In this document: in pieces, positions 37,595 through 48,575 of the stretch
How the letters are laid out: each line of letters begins with the position of its first letter
Numbering within the stretch: the stretch's first letter is position 1
From: Chrysemys picta bellii
Lineage: Eukaryota
DNA: 64,000 nt
NCBI RefSeq assembly: GCF_011386835.1
Contig: NC_088792.1
Location: 111,600,001-111,664,000 of the forward strand
Reading direction: 5' to 3'
Position numbers and translations under genes: made by a program
Notes under the pieces: model-generated
Databases searched by the model: none
What the model saw: the letters and a program-made list of their open reading frames with translations, nothing else
What the model was told of the DNA's origin: nothing

Positions 37595-38561
37595 TGTCAA
37601 GGCTGGATCCCCACTTTGAACTTTAGGGTACAAATGTAGGGGCCTGCATGAAAACTTCTAAGCTTAACTACCAGCTTAGCTCTGGTTCCGCTGCCACCAT
37701 TTCCCAATTAGATTCCCACCCTGGGAAGCCCTGAGAAAACCTTTCACCAATTCCCTGGTGAATACAGATCCAAACCCCTTGGATCTTAAAACAAGGAGAA
37801 ATTAACCATCCCCCCTCCTTCCTCCCACCAACTCCTGGTGAACACAGATCCAATCCCCTTGGATCTAAAACAAGGAGAAATTAACCTTTCCCCCTCCTTC
37901 CTTTCACCAACTCCTGGTGAATACAGATCCAAACCCCTTGGATCTTAAAACAAGGAGAAATTAACCATCCCCCCTCCTTCCTCCCACCAACTCCTGGTGA
38001 ACACAGATCCAATCCCCTTGGATCTAAAACAAGGAGAAATCAATCAGGTTCTTAAAAAGAAGGCTTTTAATTAAAGAAAAAGGTAAAAATCATCTCTGTA
38101 AAATCAGTATGGAAATTAACCTTACAGGGTAAGAGCTCAGAGGACTCCCCTCTAGTCTTAGGTTCAAAGTACAGCAAACAAAGATAAACACTCTAGTAAA
38201 AGGTACATTTACAAGTTGAGAAAACAAAGGAAAACTAACACGCCTTGCCTGGCTATTTACTTACAAGTTTGAAATAGGAGAGACTTGTTTAGAAAGATGT
38301 GGAGAACCTGGATTGATGTCTGGTCCCTCTCAGTCCCGAGAGCGAACACACTCCCAAACAAAGAACACAAACAAAAGCCTTACCCCCCCCAAGATTTGAA
38401 AGTATCTTGTCCCCTTATTGGTCCTCTAGGTCAGATGCCAGCCAGGTTACCTGAGCTTCTTAACCCTTTACAGGGAAAAGGATTTTGGAGTCTCTGGCCA
38501 GGAGGGATTTTATAGTACTGTACACAGGACAGCTGTTACCCTTCCCTTTATAGTTATGACA
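37595..38561 (-). mobile_element. Solo LTR (967 bp) with an internal 80-bp tandem array
   Basis: Ends tgtcaag...ttatgaca. Perfect 5-bp TSD gaccc at 37590-37594 and 38562-38566. Orientation tentative, from ATTAAA on the minus strand near 38067. Confidence 0.85.
37741..38040. repeat. Four-copy 79-80 bp minisatellite with A-B-A-B structure
   Basis: Anchor ctggtgaa at 37755, 37835, 37914 and 37994 (periods 80, 79, 80). Copies 1 and 3 carry aatacagatccaaacc..ggatcttaaaa; copies 2 and 4 carry aacacagatccaatcc..ggatctaaaa. Confidence 0.9.
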
Positions 38562-41500
38562 GACCCCAAAATTGGATCGCCAGAATGTTTCAAAGGGCAG
38601 CTCCTGTGGTTCCTGTCCCATGGGGCTGGCTGGGCTCACCTCCCTGCTCCAGATACTGCAACCTCGAGGGTCTCAGCGCCACTCAGGTTTGGCCCAGCCG
38701 TCATGACGATGAGAGTCCGGGTAGGCCAACTTTGAGTGAGTGACACTACAACCCTGTGAGCCAGGTTGCAACTCCACTCACACAAATTTGGTCAGTCGGG
38801 GGATGGGTCAAAACCTGAGCGGCACTTCAGTCCTGGATGTTGCAACGCTCAGAGCAGAGAGTCAAGCCCAGCCAGCCCTACAGCACAGGAGCTGGCACTG
38901 TGGGGTGAATGCTGGGCAGGACCCAATCCCTCTGGGGGCCAGGATCCGACCACCCCACGGCCTCCTATTTATGCAGTCGCGACATGCCATAAACATTTAT
39001 AAATGGGGCCTGAGCCCAAAAAGGTTGAGACCCACTGGGTTAGAACACACACAGTTGATGAGAAGGCAGCTGATGCCAAGGAGCTTAGCCTGGTAAACTC
39101 GTACATTGCCTGAAAAAGGATAGAAATCATAGGAACCTTCCTTGTTTTGGAGGTACCCTTATCCTCTGATGTACTTTGGCACATCTTTTATAACACTAAA
39201 GTTTGGTTTGAGCCTGAAGCCCAGGAATGAATCCAAGTTTTTTCTGTAAATCAGAGATCTCTTTGCGCTCAGGTATTTTACTTCTTGCCAAGCTGTCAAC
39301 AAAGATAAAAATACGATCATAAGTGGAAGGTCTGCAGAAATGTGACTTGATTGTTTTGCATTTTCTTAGTGAGAACATGCTAAAGCTGCACATCACCATT
39401 GGCTTAGTAATATTTATAGAGTAAACAAGAGTTGGCAGCATTTTGGCACAATATCCAGTGAATTAAGACATGGAAAAATAATCTAGCATGAGATTGCTAA
39501 ATTCTCATAACCCAAGAGGCGCTGATGTAATTTCTCTTGCTTATACTAGTGTACATTTCAGCAATTCAGAGGCCGATTTGTAAACTGAAACAAACATTAA
39601 AGGTTTGCCTTGACTTACATATTTTTTTAGATAATTATATTTTTAGCCGCAGATTGGTTACAATAATCTCTAAAGAAAACAATGAGCTGTTCTATATTTC
39701 TTATAGCAATTTTCTCTGGCTTCATTCTCCTGAATTATGTAACCCATGTTTTAGGATAACTACTGCCTTCCTACTGTATTATTCTCTAGGGAACAATTTA
39801 GCATTATTAGGGAGATGAACAAGACGACCTCTTAATTCTTTTCCATCACCACTTTCTATAATATCCTGCTACAATATATGCCCTTGTACTTTAACTCCAC
39901 CCTGCCTCTTCCCCTCTCAAACACTTTCTTTCATGCACATTAGTTTTTCAGAAGAACAATCACCACAATTTTTGTATATTTTTAAAATATCCCTCTTTTT
40001 GAATTACCAAGCTAAAATGAACCTAGGGCCATCTCTTGCACTTGAGAACTAAAGAGAGTACTGATTCCTTTGGATTCAAGGGAAGAGGGACTGTATAAAT
40101 AGATTATTGCAGGAGTACACATCACAGGGCCAGATTAATCACCAGTGTAACTCCATTGAATAAGCAGGAAATCTTTAGTTGTTCAATATGTGAGCAAAGT
40201 TTTAACTTGTTTTCCAGTAATGGTGATGTCTTGAAGCAGTAAGGCCTCCTTGTATAATTCGTTCCAATGCTGTACTCTGTGCTTTGTTGTGTCGATAGTA
40301 TCATAACAAGTAATGTATTTGACATTTTATTTGGTTGGTGTGTTTATAATGTTCATTACTTGCATACAGCTGTCTTTTCCCCAGACACACGCATACTCAC
40401 CCAAGCCCACACACACCGGTGATAATTATAGCTGGTAAGAAGAACCCTTGTATTGTAGCTTTCAAAACTAGAAATGGTAAGTGAATGTGGGAAGGGGAAG
40501 AAGTTTGGAAATGCAAAGAAATGCTGCAGTGGGTTGAAATAGATGAACAGATATGAAAGTGCACTGCTCTCCTTGCTCTTCCTACTCCTCAGTTTGCAGA
40601 GAAAGGCAAGCTCGTTTGTGGCTTTGGCCTTCTGATCCCTTTTGAAAGATCATCAGCTGCAGTCCAACCACAAAAGCCAGCTCCATGGAGCATTTGGGCA
40701 ATGAACCCCTTCCCCCTGCACTCTGTTCACCTGTCCTACAGGATCCAATCTTAATAAGCCTATCATTCCTTACAAATGGCATATTTGAACCACACAACTG
40801 TCCCAAGGCTGTTGCTGCTGATTTTTTTGGTAAAGTCAATACAGTGCTCTGCCTTAGTGTATTGACTCTGACCTCGACTGTCCAAGTCTAGTTCTTTCTT
40901 ACCCATATAAGTACAAAGCCCATTGTTATTGTCACTTCATGCTGGGCCCATTTCCCACCTCTGCACTTGTTCTATAGCAACAGCAGGAGTAGATTGAGAC
41001 AGGCTTCTGCACCATGGAGTAAGGAACACAGAAACACTTCTACTTCAGGTGTGAGTACAAAACTAGGACTAAAATAGGAGTTCTCTTTCCAAGCCAGTCT
41101 TCTTGCTCTGTCTCAGCACAGGTATCAGTTTGTTTTCTTCCTTCAGTTTTCTATTAGCAAGCAGGACCTCAGTTCGCAAAGGTGAATGAGAAGAGGGAAT
41201 ACTCAAAGGAAGTTGTTATGCTGTCAGTTTGCAAAATTATTCATTATTCTCAGTGTGGTGCAGGAATCAAGTGTGGAAAGCTCTAGGTTCCACATCCTCT
41301 CCTGCCCCCCACCCTAAGCAGATGAAAAACAAAGGTTTCCCATTTCACTTAAGTATATAAACACTTACTGTGTTTCATCACATCCTTTTACTGTAAATCT
41401 GTAAACCCCTGGTATTTATTTGCTTTGGTGTTTAGGGATAGTGTGATAAATGGTTCTTTCTGCTAGTTCAGCAGGTGTATGGAGGCGTGTGTGGGAGGGA

Positions 41501-44500
41501 GGGGAGTAATAATTTAAAGGGCTTTGTAAAGATGGAGCTCTTGCTATTGATTTATCCATGACAAATTTATACTTGCATAAAGTCAGGCAGAATAAGCAGG
41601 AATTCGATAGAAATCATTGGAGGAGGGATTGATTTGATCCCTTCAGGCTTCTGTAGTGGAAGATGATTCCCCAGCTACTAAGAATATATGGAAAAATCCT
41701 TCTTTCACATCTAATTGGACCACGTAGGTGTATCACTTTAATTTTTCTATAAATTGGTAATGAGCCTGGAGTGCTGATTCTTATGGTGGTGTGACAGCCA
41801 TTTTGAAGTACAGGAATTATGTAGAGAGATCAAGGATCCATCCCTGCGAAGATTTTCTTCTTCTGCTTTCCAGTTTGGGATTAGATGATTCCCCCCCCTT
41901 ATCTCTCTCCCATTTTCCAATTCCTGAATTTACTCATCTTGATACAAGCACTTCCTGTGTCTGAATCACAAAAGTTGCTGCTTTCTGACAGCAAGGATCA
42001 TCTCCCTCTCTCTGTCTTCTCATCTATTTCCCCCTTTTGATGGCTATCTCCTCTTGTCTCTCTTCCGTACTGTCCTCCCCAACTTTTCTCCTTGTCTACC
42101 CTGATAAGGCTGCTTCTCCTCATACTCTGGATCCGTATTTTTCTCCTCTGTCTGTCCTTTTGCAATATCCCTTTATTGCTATTTCTCTTCGCTCGTATTC
42201 CAGTCTGCCTTCCACAAATCATTTAATCCCTTCATTCAGTGACCTCATTCCTTTTATATAGTTGTCAATATAGGAGGTGGAAATCAAGGTGGCCACCAGC
42301 TCCTGGAGGATGGATGTGCTTTCTGTTGAATTTTGTTACTTTTAATATGAAACATAATTTGCAGACCTGGTAGCCGTGTATCAATCCCTGTCTGATATTG
42401 TAAAAATACCTACAAATTGCAATGTTCAGGAAGACCTCAAATGTTTTGGGTTTCAGATAAGCATCTCTTACTTTGGATGCCTCTCCATACCCAAGGAGGC
42501 TATCAAAAGGCCTTGCGGAGATCCTTCCACATACAGGTCCCCTTCCCAAAACAGGATATCCCTATCTGTGGGGTCTCCTTGAGCGAAGCCCAGTAGACTG
42601 TTATTCCAAATTGATGCGTTCAGTGGGAGGATTGCAGACGTATCACATAGAGGCAGGAAATTTCTTGAGATGAGATGTGTAGATTTGCCCTATAATTCTT
42701 GCATTATGGAAAGTGAAGCTGTCCCTCCCCCTGCCCACCCTAACCCTGCTTTGGAACCTGCTATGGTTCCACCCCCTAAATCCATAAATTTCCCCCAAGA
42801 TTTGCAGATGCCTTCTGTCTGCACTGGCTCCCTGCATTCACCATCAGCTCCCTGACAGCTTGGCTTTTGCAGGGGCCTGAAGGAGTTGTGGGGATGGGGG
42901 AGGGTTCAGCATTAATTTATCCACAAAGGTGGCATGGGTTTCGAGCTGAGGTGGGAGGGGCTTATAATTCTACCTTGATGGCTATCTCTCCTCCCCCTCC
43001 CCACCTGTGGATCCTGCACTTCACAGGGTCTCTGCAGAACAGTTTCTATTGGGGTATGGGGAAATGATGCCAAGAGAGAACACTCCTCGTACCCAGGCCT
43101 GATGGATCATGATTTTTTACATCCCTGTCCTCTCTACCTTAGGAGGTGACACTGGCCCCCATATAATTAACTAAGCAGCTGTTTTGTGTCTGAATGAAAA
43201 TGAGTAGAAGTAGGTTTTATTCTCAGTGTTAGTCTGCCATGCGTTCATTGTGAAGCAAGCTGAAAATTATTTGGAATCAATCAGTGCTGGCAGCAATGTA
43301 GGCTTGAAGAGAGTTACTATGATTTGTTCTTGGCCTGTTGTTTTTCATCAAGCCATACTTTATTGTCAAAAAACTGCATTTCCTCACCAAATACTAGTCA
43401 TTTACTGTTGGATTAATGAGAGACTATAAAGCTTAAGTTCACAAACTACAAATATTGCACAAATGAGTGTATAATAATTTATTAATTTATATATAGATAA
43501 TCAGATTAGATAAAAATATCCAAGATTTGTAATATACAAAACTAAGTATCCTCAACAGAAACAGCAATTATGTTAATGTAATAGTGGGCAATGTGCCTGT
43601 GAATAATCCTCCTCTTGAAATGATATATTTTGTAGGGGTCTGGGAGTAAAAGGAAAGTGTATTGTCTTGCCAACAGATTTATTATCAGCTTTTGTGGACA
43701 AAAACAAAACTAAGAAGAAAGCCCCTTTTTGGCATCATCACAGGTCTTTTCTTAGAGCGCCACTTTAATTTGTCTGACATGCAATGAAAGAATGGCACGT
43801 TGCACTAATTAGTATTGTATACAGTAAATTTATGGATCTGAGAATCTGTTTGCACCCATGGGCCCAATCCAGTAGTCCGTTGAAGTCAACTGGAATGTTG
43901 CCTGAGGATTGGATGCATGGGCCCTATTCACTGCTGCTACTCCACGTTTATGATAGTGTACTGCTATTGATTCAAGTGGAATTACACTGGTGTAAAACAG
44001 GAGTCAGATGGTGGTGAATCAGGCTTTATATTTATACAGAACTCAGCTCTCACAGCAAGAGTAAAGTTTATCCCTACTATAAAATAAAAATTGCCTGAGT
44101 TCTCTTTTTCCTCTCTTCTTTCTGTGGAAAAAATTAAATTGTTCCCTTTAATTCCAGTAGAGTGTTTAGCTGCCAATCAAGATGTAGATAATACATGTAT
44201 TTCTCAGACATTCAGGTTGTTCATTGCTTTAGGTACAGAAACAATATTTTTACTTTTTAGTAGTAGCCAGTTTGTTGGTGTTTTATGGAAGCCAGAGAAT
44301 ATAGCTACTCTTAGCTCATGCACAGGGATTTTACCAAGGACTAGCAGGAACTATTTCAAATGTCCTTTATTGAGTCATTGCTGTGGACCCCGGTAAAATA
44401 ATATAATATAGAGTGTGGTATGTTTCTATAACGAAAGATGTTTCATCTCTGAAATCAGAGTTTGGAGAAGAGGGGCATGGATGGGAAATGTGGAGGTCAT

Positions 44501-44794
44501 TCAGGCAGGAGCAAGTTAGGCAGAATAACTCCCATTTGTGCTCAGCCAGATGTTAGCTTGCCCTTTGCCAATAATCCAAAAGGCTGATGTTTCATAAATT
44601 ACTGTACCCCAGGGACTAATTCAGTCAGTGTGATGGACGGGGAAGGGAGGAGATGTGTACTTCCCTGGTCAGAGATCAGGCATTACACTTGGGACTATGT
44701 TTATCCAAGGTATTTTTTTTTTATTTGTGAATAAAAATATGATTTTTCCTAGCGAATACTAAGGAAAATTGAAGATTTTATTAATGACATACAG

Positions 44795-45120
44795 CAGCAG
44801 TTCTCAAACTGTGGATTGGGACCCCAAAGTGGGTCGCAACCCCTTTTTCATGGGGTCACCAGGGCTGGCTTTGGACTTGCTGGGCCCCGGGGCTGAAGCT
44901 CGAGCCCCACCGCCCAGGACCAAAGCTGAAGCTCAAGGGCTTCAACCATGGGGGGCGGAGCTCAGTTTACAGGCCCCTGCTTGGGGCTGAAACCCTTGAG
45001 CTTCAGCTTTGCCCCCTGCCTGGAGCCGTGGGGCTTGGGTGGGCTCAGGCTTTGTTCCTCCCTCCTGGGGCTGTCTAGTAATTTTTGTTGTCAAACGGGG
45101 GTCATGATGCAATTAAGTTA
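44795..45120. mobile_element. hAT-type MITE, right end degraded
   Basis: Left end cagcagttctcaaactgtgg..gaccccaaagtgggtcgc, similar to the 37566/38562 element. Right TIR and TSD not resolved. Confidence 0.5.
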
Positions 45121-45387
45121 CTACTTTTTTTTAAATTTATTTATTTTTCTCAGAACATCGAAAAGGAAAAAGAATGAAACCCTTTCATGCTACAACAAAA
45201 AGCTTTTGAAGGTCAGGCATGAGAACCTTCCCGAGGCCTCTCTCAGTGTAAAATATGCTAATAGCAGACTCGATCACCAGAGTTCTCCTTTCAATGATCC
45301 ACTGATGTTTGTGTTCGCCTCAGAGAAATCCACTTTCACTGGTTTCATTTTTGGTCTAGGAAAGCTGTTTTAAAATGACCCTGTGTT

Positions 45388-46971
45388 CAGGGCCAGCTCT
45401 AGGTTTTTTGCCGCCCCAAGCAAAAAAAATTTTGGCTGCCCCCCGTCCCAGCCCTGGGCTCCTCGCCGCACACCCCTGCTGCCCCAGCCCTGGGCTCTCC
45501 CCCCCACACACACCCCCTGCCGCCCCAGCTCTGGGCTCCCTCATTCCCCCCCACCATTGCTCCCCACACACACCTCCTGCCACCCCAGCCCTGGACTCTC
45601 TCCCACCCCCACCTGCACCCTCCTTCCACCGCAGCCCTGGGTCACTGGTAACTCGCTCCCACGGCAAGTCATTCAGCAGGAATTTTGGATGTGCACAGAA
45701 CACAGACAGGATTACTTCCCATATGGTTACAGAACTGCAGTAAAGTGGAACAATTTTCAGCTTGTGTGATTGGAGGATATCTGTATGCATATTATAAGAC
45801 TGTCCTACATAAATGAAGAAAAGTTGAGGTGCCTTTATTATTCTTTTGTTCCTCTCTTTCTTTCTATGGGGAATTTGCCAATGCAATATCACTGTCTTCC
45901 TTTTAAACAAACAAACAAAAAAGGCAATGGCTGTTGAAAATAGCAATTCCAGTCCTAATAACCACTGGGAAGCATTTCTTGCTCAATTTTATCCTACTTT
46001 TTCTACAGCAAGTTACAGTGGATCAGTATATTTGATTTGGGAGAAATGAAGTAACAGCTGCCCAAACTGAGCTTGAGCACTCCTGAATTTTGAGGTGTTC
46101 AAATCTGGAAGACAGGAGCCGGGAGGGAGGGGGGGAGGGGACTGTGGCTCCGCGGGGGAGCACGGCAGCATGTATGCAGCAGTGTGTCTGGCACTGCGCG
46201 GAGCCAGACACGCTGGTCTGAGTGGCACGGTAGGGGGGCTGGGGAATTGGATGGGGCGGAGGTTCGGGGGGGGCAGTTGGGCAGTCAGGGGCAGGGAGAA
46301 GGGGGGGTAAGATGGGTCAGGGGTTCGGGGGGGACAGTCAGGGGACAGGCAGCAGTTGGATAGGCATGGGAGTCCCGGGGGTTTGTCAGGGGACAGGTAG
46401 GGGGTGGTGTCCTAGGGCAGAAGTTGGGGGGGTCTCAGGAGGGGGCAGTTGGGGACAAGGAGAAGGGAGGCTTAGATAGGGGGTGGGGTCCCGGGAGGGG
46501 GCAATCAGGGGACAAGGAGCAGCGGCGCTTAGATAGGGGGTTGGGTCCTGGGGGGCTGTTAGGGGCAGGGGTGATTAGGGGACAGGGTTGGATGGGTTGG
46601 GGTTTCTGTGGGGGGCAGTCGGAGGGAGTGGATGGGGGCAGGGTGGGGCTACCCTCCTTCCCCGTGGAGTGTCCTATTTTTTGAATGTTAAAATTCCCAG
46701 TGCAGCTCTCCATTCACTGCAGCATGAGGTCTCAGCTTCCTCCGTCCCTCCCCCTCTTTCCTGTTGGTAGTGGCCGAGGGAATGCTGGGAAATGTAGTTC
46801 TTTCCCTGCTCCAGGGCTGGCTCTATAGGCAGGGAGCTAACCAAGGAACTACAGCTCCCAGGGCCCCCTGTTGGTTCTCAGCTCCGAGGGTCGATCCCTG
46901 CCGGCTGCCGCCCCTGCAAATGGGCTGCCCCAAGCACCTGCTTGCTTTGCGGGTGCCTAGAGCTGCCCCTG
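45388..46971. mobile_element. 1.58-kb non-autonomous hAT-type element
   Basis: TIRs cagggccagctct / agagctgcccctg, 12/13 match. Perfect 8-bp TSD cctgtgtt at 45380-45387 and 46972-46979. C-rich left and G-rich right subterminal regions. Confidence 0.88.
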
Positions 46972-47058
46972 CCTGTGTTAGAGGGGATGGGTGAAATACT
47001 AGTTTGCTTCTGTAGCATGTGGCCCTTTCTTAGCACACAAATTCTGAAGATAATGACC

Positions 47059-47380
47059 CAGCGTTGCCAATTCTACTGGTTTTAGCACAAGTCTTGCAAC
47101 ATGTGATGTTTTATTTAAAGATTCAGGTCCTGGAGACACCTGATTAGCTGAGAATCTCCTCTTTCATTTTAAAAATAAGTTTCTAGAGCTCATGTTCACA
47201 GAGAAAAACTTGAAACATGGCTCAAGTGCCACCCTAAAAGATTTTAAATAAATAAACCCAGAAGGCAAATGAAAAGAATCCAAAATTAATATTTAAAAAT
47301 CTCATCATTTTTAAGCCAATCACATGCTTTTTGGGGGGAGGCTCACTCATGATTTTTAACATTTGGGGTTGGCAATGCTG
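47059..47380. mobile_element. hAT-like MITE (cagcgttgccaa termini); a related, oppositely oriented copy lies near 37090-37450
   Basis: TIRs cagcgttgccaa / ttggcaatgctg, 11/12 match. No TSD match seen. Confidence 0.55.
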
Positions 47381-47629
47381 CCTTTTGGTAACTTGAATAT
47401 TCTTTATTTTCTCTCCATGACATAGATTCTGCTAGGTGCCCAGGTCGCTGATGTAGCAGTTTAGTACTCCAAATTGTAGTATCAAAGGGAAGCTATAGCG
47501 GAAAAGTCCAAGATTAGACCCTTGCAACCCGATGGGACCCCACTCAGAGTGTTGGGGTTGTGCTGGATGTAATTTGTGTAGTATACATTTGGGCTTGGTC
47601 CAGGTAGCTGACTTTGAATGGGAGATACA

Positions 47630-48575
47630 GGGAGGTGCATACAGGGAGGGGAAGTAGTGGAGGTTCCAGGAGTGACTGGGGGGTGGGGGGGACAGGGAGG
47701 AAGATGTGGCAGCGGAGAAGCTGGGGGAGACCCAGGGAAGCAGGGTGTGACTACTTGGAGAGCCCATCCTGTCCCCGGTTCCCCTCATCGTTGCCTTGCT
47801 TCTGCTCCCTGTGGGCAGCTCTGCTATCCAGCTCCCAACATCACCAAGTTCTGATTTCACACTGGGCTCCTGGTGGCTTTGGGCCTTGTGCTTCTCTGTC
47901 TGGTTGCAGTTGCAGCGTCTCTGGCTCGCTGACCCGCTACCAAGTGCCCTCCTACCAGGGCCTGGCACCAGCACTTGCTGACTTGGAGTACGCTCTTCAG
48001 CCAAGGAGGGAACACCTGGCCCGTGCTGGCTCCCCGTGCAGGGCACTGGCACTCAGGAGTGACGGGGACTAGTCCCCTGGCAACAGAATTATTGTGGCGG
48101 CTGAGAATGGGACCCAGAGTGACTGGAGCAGCCACTGCCATGCCCCGGATTAGGCTGGGGAATAGGAAGCAGGGTGAACAGGGCTCAGGTGCCAGGGGAG
48201 GCAAGGTGGCCCCTTTCTCTCTCTCTGGTTGAAGAGCGTCCAAGCTGGCAGGTGGTGGCGTTTCATGGAAGGAGCCAGGGATGCTATAGCTGGGACCAGA
48301 AGGGATCATGGGGACTGGAGCCTTTGGGAGCCCAAGTGGAGCTGGGAGATATTGGGAGCTGGGTAGCAGGGCAGCCCAGATGGCTGAGCAGGGAGCAGAA
48401 GCCAGGCACAGGTGTTGGGGGAGGCAGGGATGGGATGGGCTCTGCAATGAGTCACCCCTGATCCCTGGGCCTCCCGCAACTCCCTTGCTGCCCCTGTCTT
48501 CCTCTCAGCTTCCCCCTTGCTCTCCTCTGCTCCCTCCTGAGGCCTCCTTTTGCCCCCCAGGATGCACCTCAGCCC
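47630..48575. repeat. Long imperfect inverted repeat (arms about 420 bp, centre near 48100), probably inside a DNA-transposon remnant spanning about 47423-48959
   Basis: Exact inverted anchors: gcttctgctccctg 47798-47811 / cagggagcagaagc 48389-48402; ccagctcccaa 47828-47838 / ttgggagctgg 48352-48362; acgctcttca 47990-47999 / tgaagagcgt 48230-48239. Confidence 0.8.

Larger units (their letters stand above)
37566..39037. mobile_element. hAT-type non-autonomous element split by a solo LTR
   Basis: TIRs cagggtttctcaa / ttgagacccactg. 8-bp TSD ggatagaa (37558-37565) / ggttagaa (39038-39045), 7/8 match. Confidence 0.75.

Noticed and set aside
37741-38040. Regular repeat array as a CRISPR-like locus
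   Set aside because: Units repeat over their whole length with no unique spacers. The array sits in a eukaryotic solo LTR and no cas genes are present.
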